From Eledone cirrhosa (Eukaryota), in assembly GCA_964016885.1 (NCBI GenBank), contig OZ024759.1:15996001-16060000 (forward strand): a stretch of 64,000 nt of DNA. The letters are read 5' to 3'. The position numbers and the translations under genes are program-made. Shown in pieces: positions 39,498 to 54,469 of the stretch; the first letter of the stretch is position 1, and each line of letters opens with the position of its first letter. The notes beneath the pieces were generated by a model. It worked only from the letters and a program-made list of their open reading frames with translations. It had not been told where the DNA came from and did not search any database.

Positions 39498-39544
39498 TAC
39501 TCCGATAATACCGGCCTTGTACTTGGATGAAACGATCGTTAGTA
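39498..39544 (+). ncRNA. Decayed hammerhead motif in a (TA)n island
   Basis: TACT-CCGATAA (2 mismatches to CTGATGA)...GAAAC-GATC-GTT-AGTA; palindromic stem III AACGATCGTT. Confidence 0.45.
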
Positions 39545-39888
39545 ATTAAATGTTCTTAAACACTCTTTGATTGTTATTTATAAAGTATATATATATATAT
39601 ATAATACTGAAACGAAGTCATCAGATATGACCAAATAATCTTCGATCGATTTCCGACTCGTTCGATGTGTTAATTTAGGTTAGTGTCCTTAAGATAGCAA
39701 ACCAAATGAAAACAGAGTGCACACTAATACGTTAAATATTGAGAAGTCAAATATTAACTAATACGTTAAATATCGATTTCGTGTGGGTAGAGAATTAGAT
39801 TCTCTCTTCCCGGATTAATTCATTAGTTTCCACTACTTCATCTGCTGGCGACAGTCCATAAAGTTTCATCTGTATATATATATATACA

Positions 39889-40457
39889 TACGAGAATCGG
39901 CTGAAATTTCATAGGCTGACCAAGATACTCTCATGGAATGACCAAATGAGGTTTATTTTTCAACATTTCACAGCTTTAGCATCACTTTTTCATAGTCAGA
40001 CAATGAATTTTTCGGCTGACTCTCGTCTGAACGCTTCCATATTTCCTTTCTATTGTTCTGTATATCCACTAATTATGAAGGAGAGTATCTTAGTCAGCCT
40101 ATGAACTTTTCAGCTGATGTATCTATGTATGCATGTTAGTATATATGCATGATGTATGTGTGTATGCATATATGCATATATGCATGTATACATGTATGTA
40201 CGTATATGTATGACACTCTTTGTTGCAAATTGTAATTGATTTGACAGAGGGATTCCTTTTTCTTGCAGATAATCGTAAATAGTCGTAAGTTGACTAAGAC
40301 AGATTGATGCTAGAGCTGTAAAATCTTGCATGCAATAATTTCACCTCTTCTTATTAATAACTACATTGTTTCTTTCTTGGGACTATGTTGAAAAATAAAC
40401 CTCATTTGATCATTCGAGAGAGAGTATCTTAATCTCTTAGTCAGCTGATCCTCGTAC
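39889..40457. mobile_element. Mariner-type MITE copies/fragments (same family as 22296)
   Basis: TACGAGAATCGGCTGAAA start; GACCAAGATACTCTCATGGAATGACC block; rc copy ending CAGCTGATCCTCGTA. Confidence 0.75.
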
Positions 40458-41475
40458 AATATGTAATTCAACAGCAAAAATTATAAGGTCTAAATATATT
40501 TGTCGTGCGGAAAAGGAAGTTAGATTTCTTTCTCTAGCCAAAATTGCTTTAATTTCATTTTACTGTTTTAATTCACCAGGTAGAAATTAATCTTGCAGAG
40601 GCATTTGGATATAATTTTCATATAATTTTCCTTCCCATATTTTAAAAGCATCTTGATTTTGTATGAAGATGTGATAATTATTTGCGAAGCAGTGTTAGCA
40701 TTGCTGTAGTCCGTTTCTGTAAAGCGTGCTTCGGTATGAAGTGGTTCACATACGTATAACTCTCAACAAAGCAATGTTGTATCTTCTTTCTTCATTCCTT
40801 TAAAGTGAATATATGGCTGAGGAAACTGCTTTTTAAGTTGCTTTTGCACATACAGATATACATTATTATTACCAGTTTTACACTAATCACTTAGGATGCT
40901 ACCATAGTTTTGTATATAATTGCTCTGCATAGGCAATGATCATTAAATAGACAGCTTCCCTCCATTCTGCAATTTCGTCCACGTTCCTAAATGTTATGCT
41001 AGTTGACCATTCAGTACTTATGTATTATAATATTAATGGTATTTTTTAACCATTGTGGCTGCCTTTGATGTCTTTCTCCTGAAATAAGTTGCGTACTGTT
41101 AGCTGGCTTGAATATGCATCATGATTAACGTATATAAAGTTCTAGCTACATCCCGTATGTGCATATATATATATATGTATATATATATGTACATATGTAT
41201 ATATATATGTACATATGTATATGTATGTACATATGTATATGTATATACATATATATATATATACATATGTACATAATATACACATGTCTTTATATATATA
41301 TATATATAAATGTACATAATATACACATGTATATATGTATATACATATATACATGTATATACATATGTATATAAGTATATATATATATATATATATATAC
41401 ATATGTATATAAGTATATATATATGTACGTGTGTGTATACATACACATATGTACTCATATATGTGTATATATATT

Positions 41476-41519
<44 letters not shown>

Positions 41520-41707
41520 CATCTCTATGTACTCAAATATATGTAAACATATATATATATATATGCGTGTGTGTGTGTGTTTGTATATGTGTATGTACGA
41601 GAACATAAAAGACTTTATGGAATGGATCTCAGCGGCCTGTGGAATACAATCATTAACATTTAAAGAGGACGAATCAACTTAAGAGAAATACTATTACACA
41701 CCCACCC

Positions 41708-41743
<36 letters not shown>

Positions 41744-41906
41744 ATGTGTATATGTATATACATACATACATATACACATACATACATATATACATACATA
41801 TATACAGACATATTCATATATATATATATATATGTATACATATATATATATCAAGGAAAACGGACATTAAATAATAATCAAGCTGATTATGATATATACT
41901 TATATA

Positions 41907-41968
<62 letters not shown>

Positions 41969-42307
41969 AGCCAACAACTTAAGCTGCTTCCACCACTTTT
42001 GGTAAGGCTAAGGTCAACACTAACAGAGAACGAAAGAAAACTACGGACAAAAATGTGAACTTTTCTCCCCAAATATGTATGTAAAAAGTAAATTTTTTCT
42101 CCATTTTTTCTGCCGATAAAATACACATACCTACAAACAGACAAAACTATAACTATATAAGTGGTCGGCAAATGTCATTGTCTTTTTTATGTCTATATGT
42201 TGAAGAACATACACAGAAAAAAATTATATTATATTATATATATATATATATATAAATATGTATATATATGTATATATATATATATATATATATACATATG
42301 TATATAC

Positions 42308-42393
<86 letters not shown>

Positions 42394-42462
42394 GTATGTA
42401 TATATATATACATATGTATATATATATATACATATGTATATATATATATATATATACATATG

Positions 42463-42533
<71 letters not shown>

Positions 42534-42594
42534 GAAAAAAACGAGTAAATTACGTTTACATATGAAAAATATTTATTGCTTATCGACCTGTTAC

Positions 42595-42701
<107 letters not shown>

Positions 42702-42872
42702 CAGAAGATCCCGTTAAGGGTGAAAGCAGCGATTCTTTGCTTAAACTTTAATCTGTTATTTTAATAAATATTTGCTCTAGGGTTCTTATATATTTGATAT
42801 ATATTTGTCCTTGTCGAGCCCTCTTTGGATTTTAGTCTTCAAATTTAATATTATTACTATATATGTGTGTGT

Positions 42873-42949
<77 letters not shown>

Positions 42950-43604
42950 TGTGTCTGTGTCTGTGTGTGTGTGTGTCTGTGTGTGTGTGTGTCTGTGTGT
43001 GTGTGTGACAGGCAGACAGACGGAGAAACAGCTCTTCTTTTGTAATATGGAATATTATCATCACCATCATTATTTCTCGACAGAGCTGTGGCAGATAACC
43101 ATACGGTCAACAGATATGATGGTTAGTTGCGATATAAGCAGGCAGCTGCCAGACGAATAAGCAACCCCGGGCCAACTACTATGGGAGATGGAGCCATGAT
43201 GACAGCTGTAGCTCTCAAAAAGACTGTCACAACCCAGTGAAGTAGCTATGACCAGGCGAGTAAAGGCTGCCTCTAAAAAAAGCATAGTCTTCGCGGGTTT
43301 GAGACAGTACCAGATTGGTGACTGGTGCGAATAAGACCAGCGAGACTGCAACTGTAATATGGTGAGAAGTGCAAAAGAGAACCATACCGCATAGTCCTTT
43401 GCGTGGGTTAACAAGGGGCGCTTTCAAGCCCTAGGTAGAGGGTCAGTCTCCATTTCATGCCGTAAAATCTGGGAATTGGCCGTAAAATCTGTGACCTGTC
43501 ACGGGAGGCGTGGGATGGACACACAAAGATTGCGTATGCCGAGATCCTAAAGAGAGTTCGGAAGGGAGCAAACCTTGACAATAGAAACCATTGTTATTAT
43601 CATG

Positions 43605-44297
43605 AGGCGGTCGATTGGCAGAATAGGTAGAGCGTCGGATACCATGCTTCGCGGCATAGTTACGTCCCTTTACGTTCAAATCCCACCGAGGTTAACTTTA
43701 CCTTTCATCCTAACAGGGTCGATAAAATAAAGTACCAGTAACACACTAGGGTTGATTTATTCGACTTTCCTCTCCCCCAAAATTGTTGACGTTGTGGTTA
43801 AATCAGAAACCCTTATTATAAGGCAACAGGGCAGTGGATTGGCAGTATCGGTAGAGGATCTGACGCCATGCTTTGTAGCATAAAGTTACGCCCCTTTACT
43901 ATCTGCGTTCGAACCCCGCCGAGGTTAAATTTGCCTTTCATCCTTACGGGGTCGGTAGAATAAAATACCAGTCACACACTGGGGTCGATTTAATCGACTT
44001 TTCCCCCACCCAAATTGCTGGCCTTGTGCCTATATAAGAAACTAATATATGGCAAGTCCCGCCGAGGTTAGCTTCGCTTTTCATTCTTACGTGGTCGATA
44101 AAATAAAGTACCAGTAATACCCTGGGGTAATTGCTGGCCTTGTGTCTATACAAGAAACCATTATTATAAAGCAAATCCCGACGAGGTTAGCTTCGCCTTT
44201 CATCCTTACGGAGTCGATAAAATAAAGACCCAATAATGCACTGGGAGAATTGCTGGCCTTGTGCCAAAAGTAGAAACAATTATTATAAGGCAACAGC
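43605..44297 (+). mobile_element. Head-to-tail array of 4 Meta/MESC-like SINEs
   Basis: Four cores, each followed by a TTATTATAAGGCAA-like target remnant. Confidence 0.9.
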
Positions 44298-44875
44298 TAT
44301 ATGTCATTGTCTGTTTATAAGCCGATGACACTTAATATTCTATTTAGAAACATCTGTTTTTCACCTCTCCCCAAATTGCTGGCCTCGTGCCTAAATCAGA
44401 AATCATTCTTTATAGTATTTATTTTAATCTTGTCACTCGTTGGCCGGATGTGAAGAAATAAAATGTAAAATATATGTATCGCCATCTTTAGAGGAAAACG
44501 TTCTCCTCTGATGATTATCAAACCTATTATCGAAGTGATGCATGCGGTGTGATAAATTCGTTTTCATGAAACTTGTATAATTATAAGTATTGTATGGGGG
44601 AGAGAATGATAAACGTAAAACGTTAAACGTAAATGGCGTCTCTCCTTGTGTAATGCATAATTGAAAACGTGTGTAATGTGATTATATATTATTTCGTATG
44701 CATGGAAGTGTAGCTCCTGATGGAGTCGTGGCAGCGCCGTGGTGACATACGACGTTTCTTGGGCATTTTTTTTTTTTTAATGTTAGTGGAAGGTCATCCA
44801 TTCCATTCTCCATTCTCCATGTTTGAACGCAGCCGATTTCTTCTAGAGAAGGAGCGAGAGAGATAGAGAACGAGT

Positions 44876-44974
<99 letters not shown>

Positions 44975-45027
44975 GGTGGTGATAGTGGGATTCCTTTTTC
45001 TTGCAGATAGTTGTAAACAGTCGCATA

Positions 45028-45409
45028 TACGAGGTTATGCTAAAAAGTTCGTAGTCTGACTCAGATTGATGCTAGAGCTGTGAAATCTTGCAGGTATTAA
45101 TTTCAACTCTTCTTATTAATAACTGCATTGTTTCTTTCCGGGGACTATGTTGTAAAATAAATCTCATTTGGTCATTCCAATAGGGTATCTTGGTCAGCCT
45201 ATGAAGGACTGATGCTAGAACTGTGAAATTTTGGTCGGCCTATGAAGGAGTGATTCTAGAGCTGTGAAATCTTGGATGCATTAATTTCAACTCTTCTTAT
45301 CAATAACTGCATTGTTTTTTACCAGGGACTATATTGTAAAATAAACCTCATTTGGTCATTCCATGAGAGTATCTTGGTCAGCCTATGAACATTACAGGTG
45401 ACCCTCATA
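45028..45409 (-). mobile_element. Mariner-type MITE with internal duplications
   Basis: TACGAGG...CCCTCATA termini; rc of the 22296 body. Confidence 0.75.
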
Positions 45410-46131
45410 TTGTGTTCTGCTAATAGTATTCCTTCAATCCATATCACTAATCCTCTATTCTTGTAGGAATTTTTTTATACAGTCATTGTGCTGTAAACTA
45501 ATGTTTTGGTATTGTGTTTTAATAGTCCACCTTCCATCATTAATCAGTTATTCTTGTAGGGAAATATTTATACAGTCGTTGTCTTGTTAACTAACGTTGT
45601 TCTATCTTCTTATATTTTATGTTCTACATTGTAGGCAATTACAAATATCCCTCCTTCCCTTGTTGTTAGCATAGAGTGGAGTGGCAGGAAAATGTCATAC
45701 GTAATTTTATATTCAAAACAACGGGGATAGGGGTGAGATTTTCGTAATTTTCACGTTGGCAATCAAATTTGTAAATCACTTCCTCATTAGCAAGTTCATT
45801 CTAAGGTTTGTAGGTTTTGTGGGGTTAGTTATTTATGAGAGTTTTTCTTTGCGTTTTTACAATACATTATTAAGGTGAATTTATGGGCCTAATACAATAC
45901 ATTTGGCGTTCTGATTTATGAGTTGTTGTTCCTTATATGCATTAACGTATGTGTGTGTGTGTAGTATAGATATATATATATATTCATATATACATATACA
46001 TATAAATTTATATACATATACATATTTATATTCATACTATATATATATTCATATTATATGCATATATAAATTCATATACGTACTCATATATATATGTAAA
46101 TTTATATATACTTATATACATATATAAATTA

Positions 46132-46168
<37 letters not shown>

Positions 46169-46319
46169 ATTAGACCAGTATAGTTAATATAAAGCATTTT
46201 GGGATGTATATATGTTTGTATCAGTATGTATAGGTGTTTATATGATTGTACTATGTGTGTGTTTGTGTATAAAACGAATCTATGCCTTTTTTACCAGCCT
46301 AATCAGCCTTGTAAGCATG

Positions 46320-46429
<110 letters not shown>

Positions 46430-46596
46430 CAATGTGGTCTATATATATATATAGTTATATGTATGTGTATATCCATACATTTGTACATACACGCAGACAC
46501 ACATACTCACACACACACACACACATATACATACATACATACATACATACATACATACACACATACATACATACATACATACATACATACAGACAT

Positions 46597-46627
<31 letters not shown>

Positions 46628-47186
46628 TATAAATACAAATATAAAAAAAAACACGTAATTTCTCAATTTAAAATTCTGACATATACAGCAAATGTATATA
46701 AATATATACAACAAATTTGTAGAAATTTACATAATGACAATAAAAAGGAAAACAAACTATCAATGACTTATATATAAAATATATATAAAAACGTCATGAA
46801 CAATATGAAATTAATAAAACTAATACTAATACTTGAACGCCTGTAATGATGTCGTCTGCTGGCTTTGAATGTGAAATTTTTGTTATATAAAATGGCTAAC
46901 CGAACGACTTCCTTATAACTATTTCATCAACATAAACATGGCGAACAGTTCATTAGAGAATAAATATTGAATAATAAATATTGGCCATTCATTGTCTATA
47001 TACATAATATGTGTATATATGTTTGTATACGTATATATGATTACGTATATGTGTGTTCCTATGTGTGTATTTACGTATGTGTTCCTGTGTGTGTATGTAT
47101 TTACGTATGTGTTCTTGTGTGTGTATTTAGGTATGTGTTCATGTGTGTGTGTGTTTACGTATATATATATATATATACCTCCCACT

Positions 47187-47245
<59 letters not shown>

Positions 47246-47387
47246 ATGCACATGTGTGTACCTGTGTGCATGTGTTTGTGTGTGTGTTCCTGTGTGTGTG
47301 TGTGTGTGTGTGCGTTCCTGTGTCTGTTCATATGTGTATGTTCCTGTATGTCTGTGGTCCTCTGTGTGTGTTTACGTGTGTGTCCGT

Positions 47388-48095
47388 AAGATACTATAAG
47401 CATTTGAACTGACAAACCCATTTTTTATATATTTTCTGCTAAATAATTACAGGATGTTAAGTGTAAATTAACATCCACGCATGTGCGACATTGGCAGTAT
47501 CTGTAGAGGGTCGGACGCCATGCTCTGCAGCAAATAGTTACGGCCCTTTATGATCTGAGTTGAAATCCCGTGGAGGTTAACATTTCTTTCATCCTTACGG
47601 GATCGATAAAATAAAGCACCAGTAATACACTGAGATATTGCTAGCCTTGTGCCAAAAGTAGAAACAATTATTTTTAGCATAATTGATTCAATTACTTTAA
47701 AAACCAATACCTTTACTCTAATACTGCAAATTTTCACAAGAGTTTAGATACTATAAGCTTTTGAATTGACAAACCCATTTTGTAGTATAGAAGCTGTAAG
47801 CATTTGAACTGACAAACCCTTTTAAATATTTTCTGCTAAATAATTACAGGATGTTAAGTGTACATTAACATCCACGCATGTGCGACATTATTTTTAGCAT
47901 AATTGATTCAATTACTTTAAAAACCAATACCTTTGCTCTAATACTGCAAATTTTCACAAGAGTTTAGATACTATAAGCTTTTGAATTGACAAACCCATTT
48001 TGTAGTATGGATGCTGTAAGCTTTCGAATTGACAAACCCCATTTATATATATATATATCTTTTTTTTTTCTGCTAAATCCTTGCAGGATGTTAAT
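47388..48095. repeat. ~220-bp tandem duplication, one unit carrying a SINE (47490-47670)
   Basis: CATCCACGCATGTGCGACATT|ATTTTTAGCATAATTG is intact at about 47870-47905 and split by the SINE at 47490. Confidence 0.85.
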
Positions 48096-48528
48096 AGTTA
48101 AATCAAGATCGGACTTAATCAAGGCATCCATATTTTTAACTGTCCACGTTACCAATTACACCATCCTGAGAGAGGATCGTGGGAGGACTAACCAACAAGA
48201 TTATAGTGAATTGTAGCAACAAGGATAGTTGAGATTCTCTTAAAGTTGTCAATGTAAAGATAATTGTTTGTAGAGGGAGGGGGGGTAAATAGTGAGGCTG
48301 TAGTATGCTGATCATGTTTACTGTGTATCAAGAAACTGGAGAGGTCGAGAGAGGGGAGAAGGGGTGTAGAGAGGGGAGAGGGGTGTGGGGGTGTAGAGAA
48401 GGGAGAGGGGATGTAAAGAGGGGAGGGAGAGAATAGTGGAGAGAAAGAGGAGAAACAGAGAAATAGAGACAGGGTAATAATGGAGAGATGGAGAAATAGG
48501 GATAGGGTTAGAGTGGAGAGAGAGGGAG

Positions 48529-48567
<39 letters not shown>

Positions 48568-48847
48568 TGAGGTCATAGTGGAGAGAGAGAGAGGGGGAGA
48601 GATAGTTCTTAATAAGGGAAAGAAAGAAAGAAAGAATGAAAGAAAGAAAGAAGAAAGAAAAATAGATAGAAGAGAGAAAACAAAGAAAGAAAGAAAGAAA
48701 GAAAGATAAAGAAAAAATGAAAGAAAGAAAAAAGAAAAAGAAAGAAAGAAGCATATAATACAGACGCAAGGAAATTAATGGCAAACATCGGAATATTGCA
48801 GACGGTTCCTTACTGCTGGTCAGGTTGGGGGGGGTCTGTTTTTATAT

Positions 48848-49928
48848 GCTGTTGTTGCTATTGTCGTTGTTGTTGCTGTTATTGTTGTTGTTGTTACTGT
48901 TGTCGTGGTTGTTATTGTTGTTGCTGTTGTTATTGTTGTTGTGGTTGTTGTTCGTGTTGGTGTTGGTGTGGTTGTTGTGGTTGTTGTTGTGGTTTTGGTG
49001 GTGGTTGTTGTTGGTGTGGTTGTTGTAGTTGTTGTTGTGGTGGTGGTGGTGGTTGTTGTTGGTGTGGTTGTTGTGGTTGTGGTTGTTGTTGTGGTTGTGG
49101 TGGTGGTTGTTGTTGGTGTGGTTGTTGTGGTTGTTGTGGTTGTTGTTGTGGTTGTGGTGGTGGTTGTTGTTGGTGTGGTTGTTGTGGTTGTTGTGGTTGT
49201 TGTTGTGGTTGTGGTGGTGGTTGTTGTTGGTGTGGTTGTTGTGGTTGTTGTGGTTGTTGTTGTGGTTGTGGTGGTGGTTGTTGTTGGTGTGGTAGTTGTG
49301 GTTGTTGTTGTGGTTTTGGTGGTGGTTGTTGTTGGTGTGGTTGTTGTGGTTGTTGTTGTGGTTTTGGTGGTGGTTGTTGTTGGTGTGGTTGTTGTGGTGT
49401 TGTTGTGGTTTTGGTGGTGGTTGTTGTGGTTGTTGTTGTTGTATTTTGGGGGGTGAAGGAGGTGGAGGGGGGGTTTCTTTTTCATTTTTTTTTTAATATC
49501 TTTTTTTAATTGGTGTTTGAGTACATAAATCATTTTCTTCTCATGATGAAGATGATTTATAATTCTGTGGAAATGTTGTTGTTGTGGTTGTTGTTGTTGG
49601 TGGTGTTGTTGTTGTTGTTGTCGTTTTTGTTGTTGTTGTTATTGTTGTTGTTGTTTGCTGTTGTTGTTGTGGTGGTGGTGGTGGTGGTAGTGTTGATGGT
49701 GGTGGTGGTGTTGTGTCGTTTTTGTTGTTATTGTTATTGTTGTGGTGGTGGTGGTGGTGGTGGTTGTGGTGGTGGTTGTTGTTGTTGGTGGTGGTGGTGG
49801 CGTTGTTATGGTTGTTGTCGTTTTTGTCGTTGTTGTTACTGTTGTCATCGTTATTGTTGCTGTTATTGTTGTTGTTATTGTAGTTGTGTTGTCGTCGTTA
49901 TTGTTGTTGTTGTTGTTGTCGTTGTCGT
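48848..49928. repeat. (GTT/GGT/TGT)n compound microsatellite with ~57-bp higher-order unit
   Basis: Direct inspection. Confidence 0.9.
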
Positions 49929-50802
49929 TACTGGTACTTTATTTTATCGACCCCGTGAGGATGAAAGGCAAAGTTAACCTCGGCGGGATTTGAACTCAGA
50001 ACGTAACGGGCCATAAATCCATGCTTTGCAGCAATGGTGTCTGACGCTCTACCGATACTGCCAATCCACTACCTACGATTTTAATAAATAATGGTTCCTT
50101 GTATAGGCACAAGGCCAGTAATTAAATCGACCCCAATACGTTACTGGTACTTTATTTTATCGACTCTTCCAGCGCATCTACCTTACCATCCTCCGAGGAA
50201 ACGCTTTCTCCATTCTGTCCGCCGGGACTGTGGGAGCGACCAACACGAGGGACCCCATTTGCTCACTATACAGAGAGATGGGGAGGGCGAGAGAGATGGG
50301 GAGGGCGATGGTGGTGAGAGTTCGGCTCTTCAGTGTTCGGACACGTTGCATCTGTCAAGAGTGTGTATTGATGTACTCTGTTGTAATAGAAGACATCGAA
50401 TTGTTACGAATGTTTTGTCTTTGAAGATAGAAAAGTGCTTTATTTTGTTCATCCTTTGTGGCTATATTAGTTGCTGTGGATTGGCAGTATTGGTAGGAGG
50501 GGTCGGACGCCATGATTTCCAGCGTAGTTACGTCCCTTTACGATCTGAGTTCAAATCCCGCCGAGGTTGACTTTGCCTTTCATCCTTACGGGGGTCGATA
50601 AAATAAAGTACCAGTAATGTACTGGGATAATTGCTGGCCTTGTGCCAAAAGTAGAAACAATTATTCTTTACATTGTTATCGACCCCGTGAGGATGAAAGG
50701 CAAAGTTCTTCTCAGGTGGGATTTGAACTCAGAATCGTGACGGGCCATAACTCCATGCTTTGCAAGCATGGTGTATGACGCTCTACCGATACTGCCAAGC
50801 CA
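49928..50802. mobile_element. Cluster of Meta/MESC-like SINEs (-, -, +, -)
   Basis: Copies at about 49928-50075(-), 50090-50165(-), 50475-50665(+) and 50675-50800(-). Confidence 0.88.
50166..50470 (+). pseudogene. CRE-clade retrotransposon 3' end
   Basis: Translates LFQRIYLTILRGNAFSILSAG, the CRE C-terminal QR.S....RGNA motif; similar to 61233-61290. Confidence 0.6.
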
Positions 50803-51096
50803 CTGACCTTGCAATTTCAATAAATAATGAATCACTGAAACGAAGGCAAAAGAAGATATATATTTTTTTTTTTTTTTGTTCTCTCTTGTCCCTTTATTTA
50901 TTCATTAGGGTCGAGTTTAAGACTTGCAGTGTTGCATATCTGTATGGTTTCTTGCTGTGTCTTATTTGCTTGGTTGTGTAGTTTTCTCAGCTCTTTATAT
51001 TTATTTACATTCCTTTTTCGCTTTCTCTTCCTCTGCTTGCATTCATTATCATAGAATCCTTTGTAATTGTATCTTAAACACTCACAAGCACGTATT

Positions 51097-51290
<194 letters not shown>

Positions 51291-51476
51291 ATATATACAT
51301 ACATACATATATGTATATATATGTATAAATATATATGCATACATATATGTATATATATATATACATTTCTGTATATATGTACATATATGTATATATTTAT
51401 ATATATGTATATATATATATACATTTCTGTATATATGTACATATATGTATATATATATACATGTATTTATATATGT

Positions 51477-51509
<33 letters not shown>

Positions 51510-51637
51510 CATATATGTATATATGTATATATATATGTATATATATATATATATATATATGTACATATATGTATATATATATATACATATATACATATAT
51601 ATATATATATACATACATAAATATACATATATATGTA

Positions 51638-51724
<87 letters not shown>

Positions 51725-51913
51725 GTGTGTGTGTTTGCGTATGTATGTGAGTATATGCATGTATAAATCTCCGTAGGTGCATAGTTATTCATGTATTCAT
51801 GTATGCATATGTGCATATGTGCATGGGTGCATGGGTGCATACACACAATAAGGAATATACGAGCCAAACATTGATGCACCACACTCCCCCCTCTCTCTCT
51901 TCCCCTCTCTCCA

Positions 51914-51947
<34 letters not shown>

Positions 51948-52823
51948 CCCTCTCTCGTCCTCTCTCTCCCTCCCTCTCTCTCTCTCTCTCTCTCTCTTTC
52001 TCTGGTTTCTGCGTTTCGAGTTCAAATCCTGCCGGGGTCCACTTTGACTTTCATCCTTTCGGAGTCGATAAAGAAAGTCCGAGCCCAGTTTTGGTGCAGT
52101 CCCCCTTTTTCTTCTAGATGTTGCATTTTGGATGATCACTGAAATGAGGCCGGGAACAGGGCCAAGAGCGTGTCTGTGTCAGTTCGTTACTGCACGGACA
52201 CCGAAAGCATAGTATATACTATATACTAAGTCTTACTTGATAGTGAGCAACGGTTGTAAAAAAGGATAAAGGCCCCTTTCGGTCACGAATGACCATGGGA
52301 TTTGCACGTAGAAAGTTCCCCTCCGAGGCACAAGTCCGGGCCAAGTTGTTTGTGGAAGACCAGCACTCACCCATGCATACCATACGTGGCTGTAGCAACG
52401 ATTCTACCAATCCAATGTACTTCGTTATGAAAAACATCAAGAGATGAAAATGTTTGCAAAAATAGATATATGAGCCAGCCTTAATGCTAGAAATAGCAGC
52501 CAAATTTTCCTTCAAATCACACGCTTACTATATTAAATGGAGAGGGATACATTGAACAATTTAGTGGGTTTTATACGAAAAGACGGTCTCATGACTGTAA
52601 TACTTTTGATCATAATTTTTCATTGATCAGAATCGAATCGATCTGGTAGATAATCAACAATAAACACACACATACATATATGTGTTTATATATATATATA
52701 TATACATATGTGTGTGTGTGAAATGTAGACGAAGACTATAAATAATAGTTATGAAAATCGTGTAAAGTACGCCTGGAGACGGAACAAAGTGGACAGAGGC
52801 GCCATATATATACTGTATATATA

Positions 52824-52914
<91 letters not shown>

Positions 52915-52916
52915 GC

Positions 52917-52977
<61 letters not shown>

Positions 52978-53589
52978 TCTATATATATATATAAAGGAAT
53001 ACGTAAAGTTTTGTTGCAGATGATGATGTATGTATGTGTGTATGTGTACATGTATGTATGTGAATATCTGTGTATGTGTATATGTGTATATGTTTGTATG
53101 TGTGTATGTGTATATCTATGTATGTGTGTATGTGTATATCTGTACATGTGTATATGTGTATATGTGTGTAGGTGTATATGTGTGTAGGTTTATATGTGTG
53201 TATGTGTATATGTTTGTATGTGTGTATGTGTATATCTATGTATGTGTGTATGTGTATATCTGTACATGTGTATATGTGTATATGTGTGTAGGTGTATATG
53301 TGTGTATGTGTATGTGTGTATACGTGTGTATGTGCGTGTGTATATATATGTGTGTATATGTGTGTGTATGTGTGTATATGTAAATGAAGTAACAACAAAC
53401 AACAATGATCGATTTCTTTACTTAGTCACAAGATCAATATTTACCATGTGATAAGTGATATACTTGACTGAATCAATCCCCCGCACGTATCATCTATATC
53501 TGATAGCTATTTTATCGATCCGGGGTCATTAAAGTCAAATTCTATCCTACAACGAAGTTTCAGATGACGAACGATAGATGTTTTTTTAA

Positions 53590-53670
53590 AGAATTTGGTT
53601 ATAAAAGGGTAGAGTTCGATTATATCTAGTTTACAAAAATCTTTATTATCTATCTCGTATATTACTGAGG
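53590..53670 (-). pseudogene. Penelope-like RT fragment
   Basis: IDNKDFCKLDIIELYPFITK resembles PLE RT motif F..(L/F)DI.(E/D)FYPSI; short. Confidence 0.35.
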
Positions 53671-53729
53671 GCAGGGGATTGGCAAAATAGTTAACTTTTA
53701 TCGTCCTGTACATGACACCCCTTTAGCAA

Positions 53730-53768
53730 GACATTCTCTTCACAGCACTTATCACTGGCTCTATTACC

Positions 53769-53848
<80 letters not shown>

Positions 53849-54345
53849 CAGTCATTTCTCTATCTTTCCTCAACACATGACCTAACCATCTCATTCCATT
53901 TCTCTTCACATTTATCACTGTCTCTATTCCTCTCACTCAATCACTTTCATCCTTCCTCAACACATGACCCAACCATCTCATTCCATTTCTCTTCACAACA
54001 TCCATCACTGGCGCTGGCTCCATTATCACCTCTCCTCTCATCCAGTCAGTTCTCTATCCTTCCTCAACACATGACCTAACCATCTCATTCCATTTCTCTT
54101 CACATTTAACACTGGCTCTATTATCACTACTCCTCTCATTCAGCCACTTCCTCAACACATGACCCAACCACCTCACTCTATATCTCTTACCAACATTCAT
54201 CACTGACTCTAGTTCTCTCACCCAATCCCTTTTATCTTTCCACGGCACATGACCCAGCCATCTCATTGCATTTCTCATTCACAACTGGCTCTATTCCCAT
54301 CATCTTCTAGAACACATTGTTTCCTGTCTAAGCAATACTTTTCTC
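53730..54345 (-). repeat. Tandemly amplified RTE C-terminal segment (~85-105 bp x5)
   Basis: CCTCAACACATGACC(T/C)AACCATCTC at about 53868, 53955, 54062, 54150 and 54245 = rc RWLGHVLRK. Confidence 0.75.
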
Positions 54346-54469
54346 ATCTACCAAACCATTCTCTATTCTTTCCAGTCTTCTCTGCTGCTCCACATTCAAC
54401 ATTACAGTTTAGATACAATAATTGTAATACTGTAAATGTTCACACTCATCAGTCCACCAGCGGAGATAT

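Noticed and set aside
48778-49509. Cys/Gly-rich metallothionein- or keratin-associated-like ORF
   Set aside because: One frame of a GTT/GGT/TGT microsatellite; the other frames are equally open.
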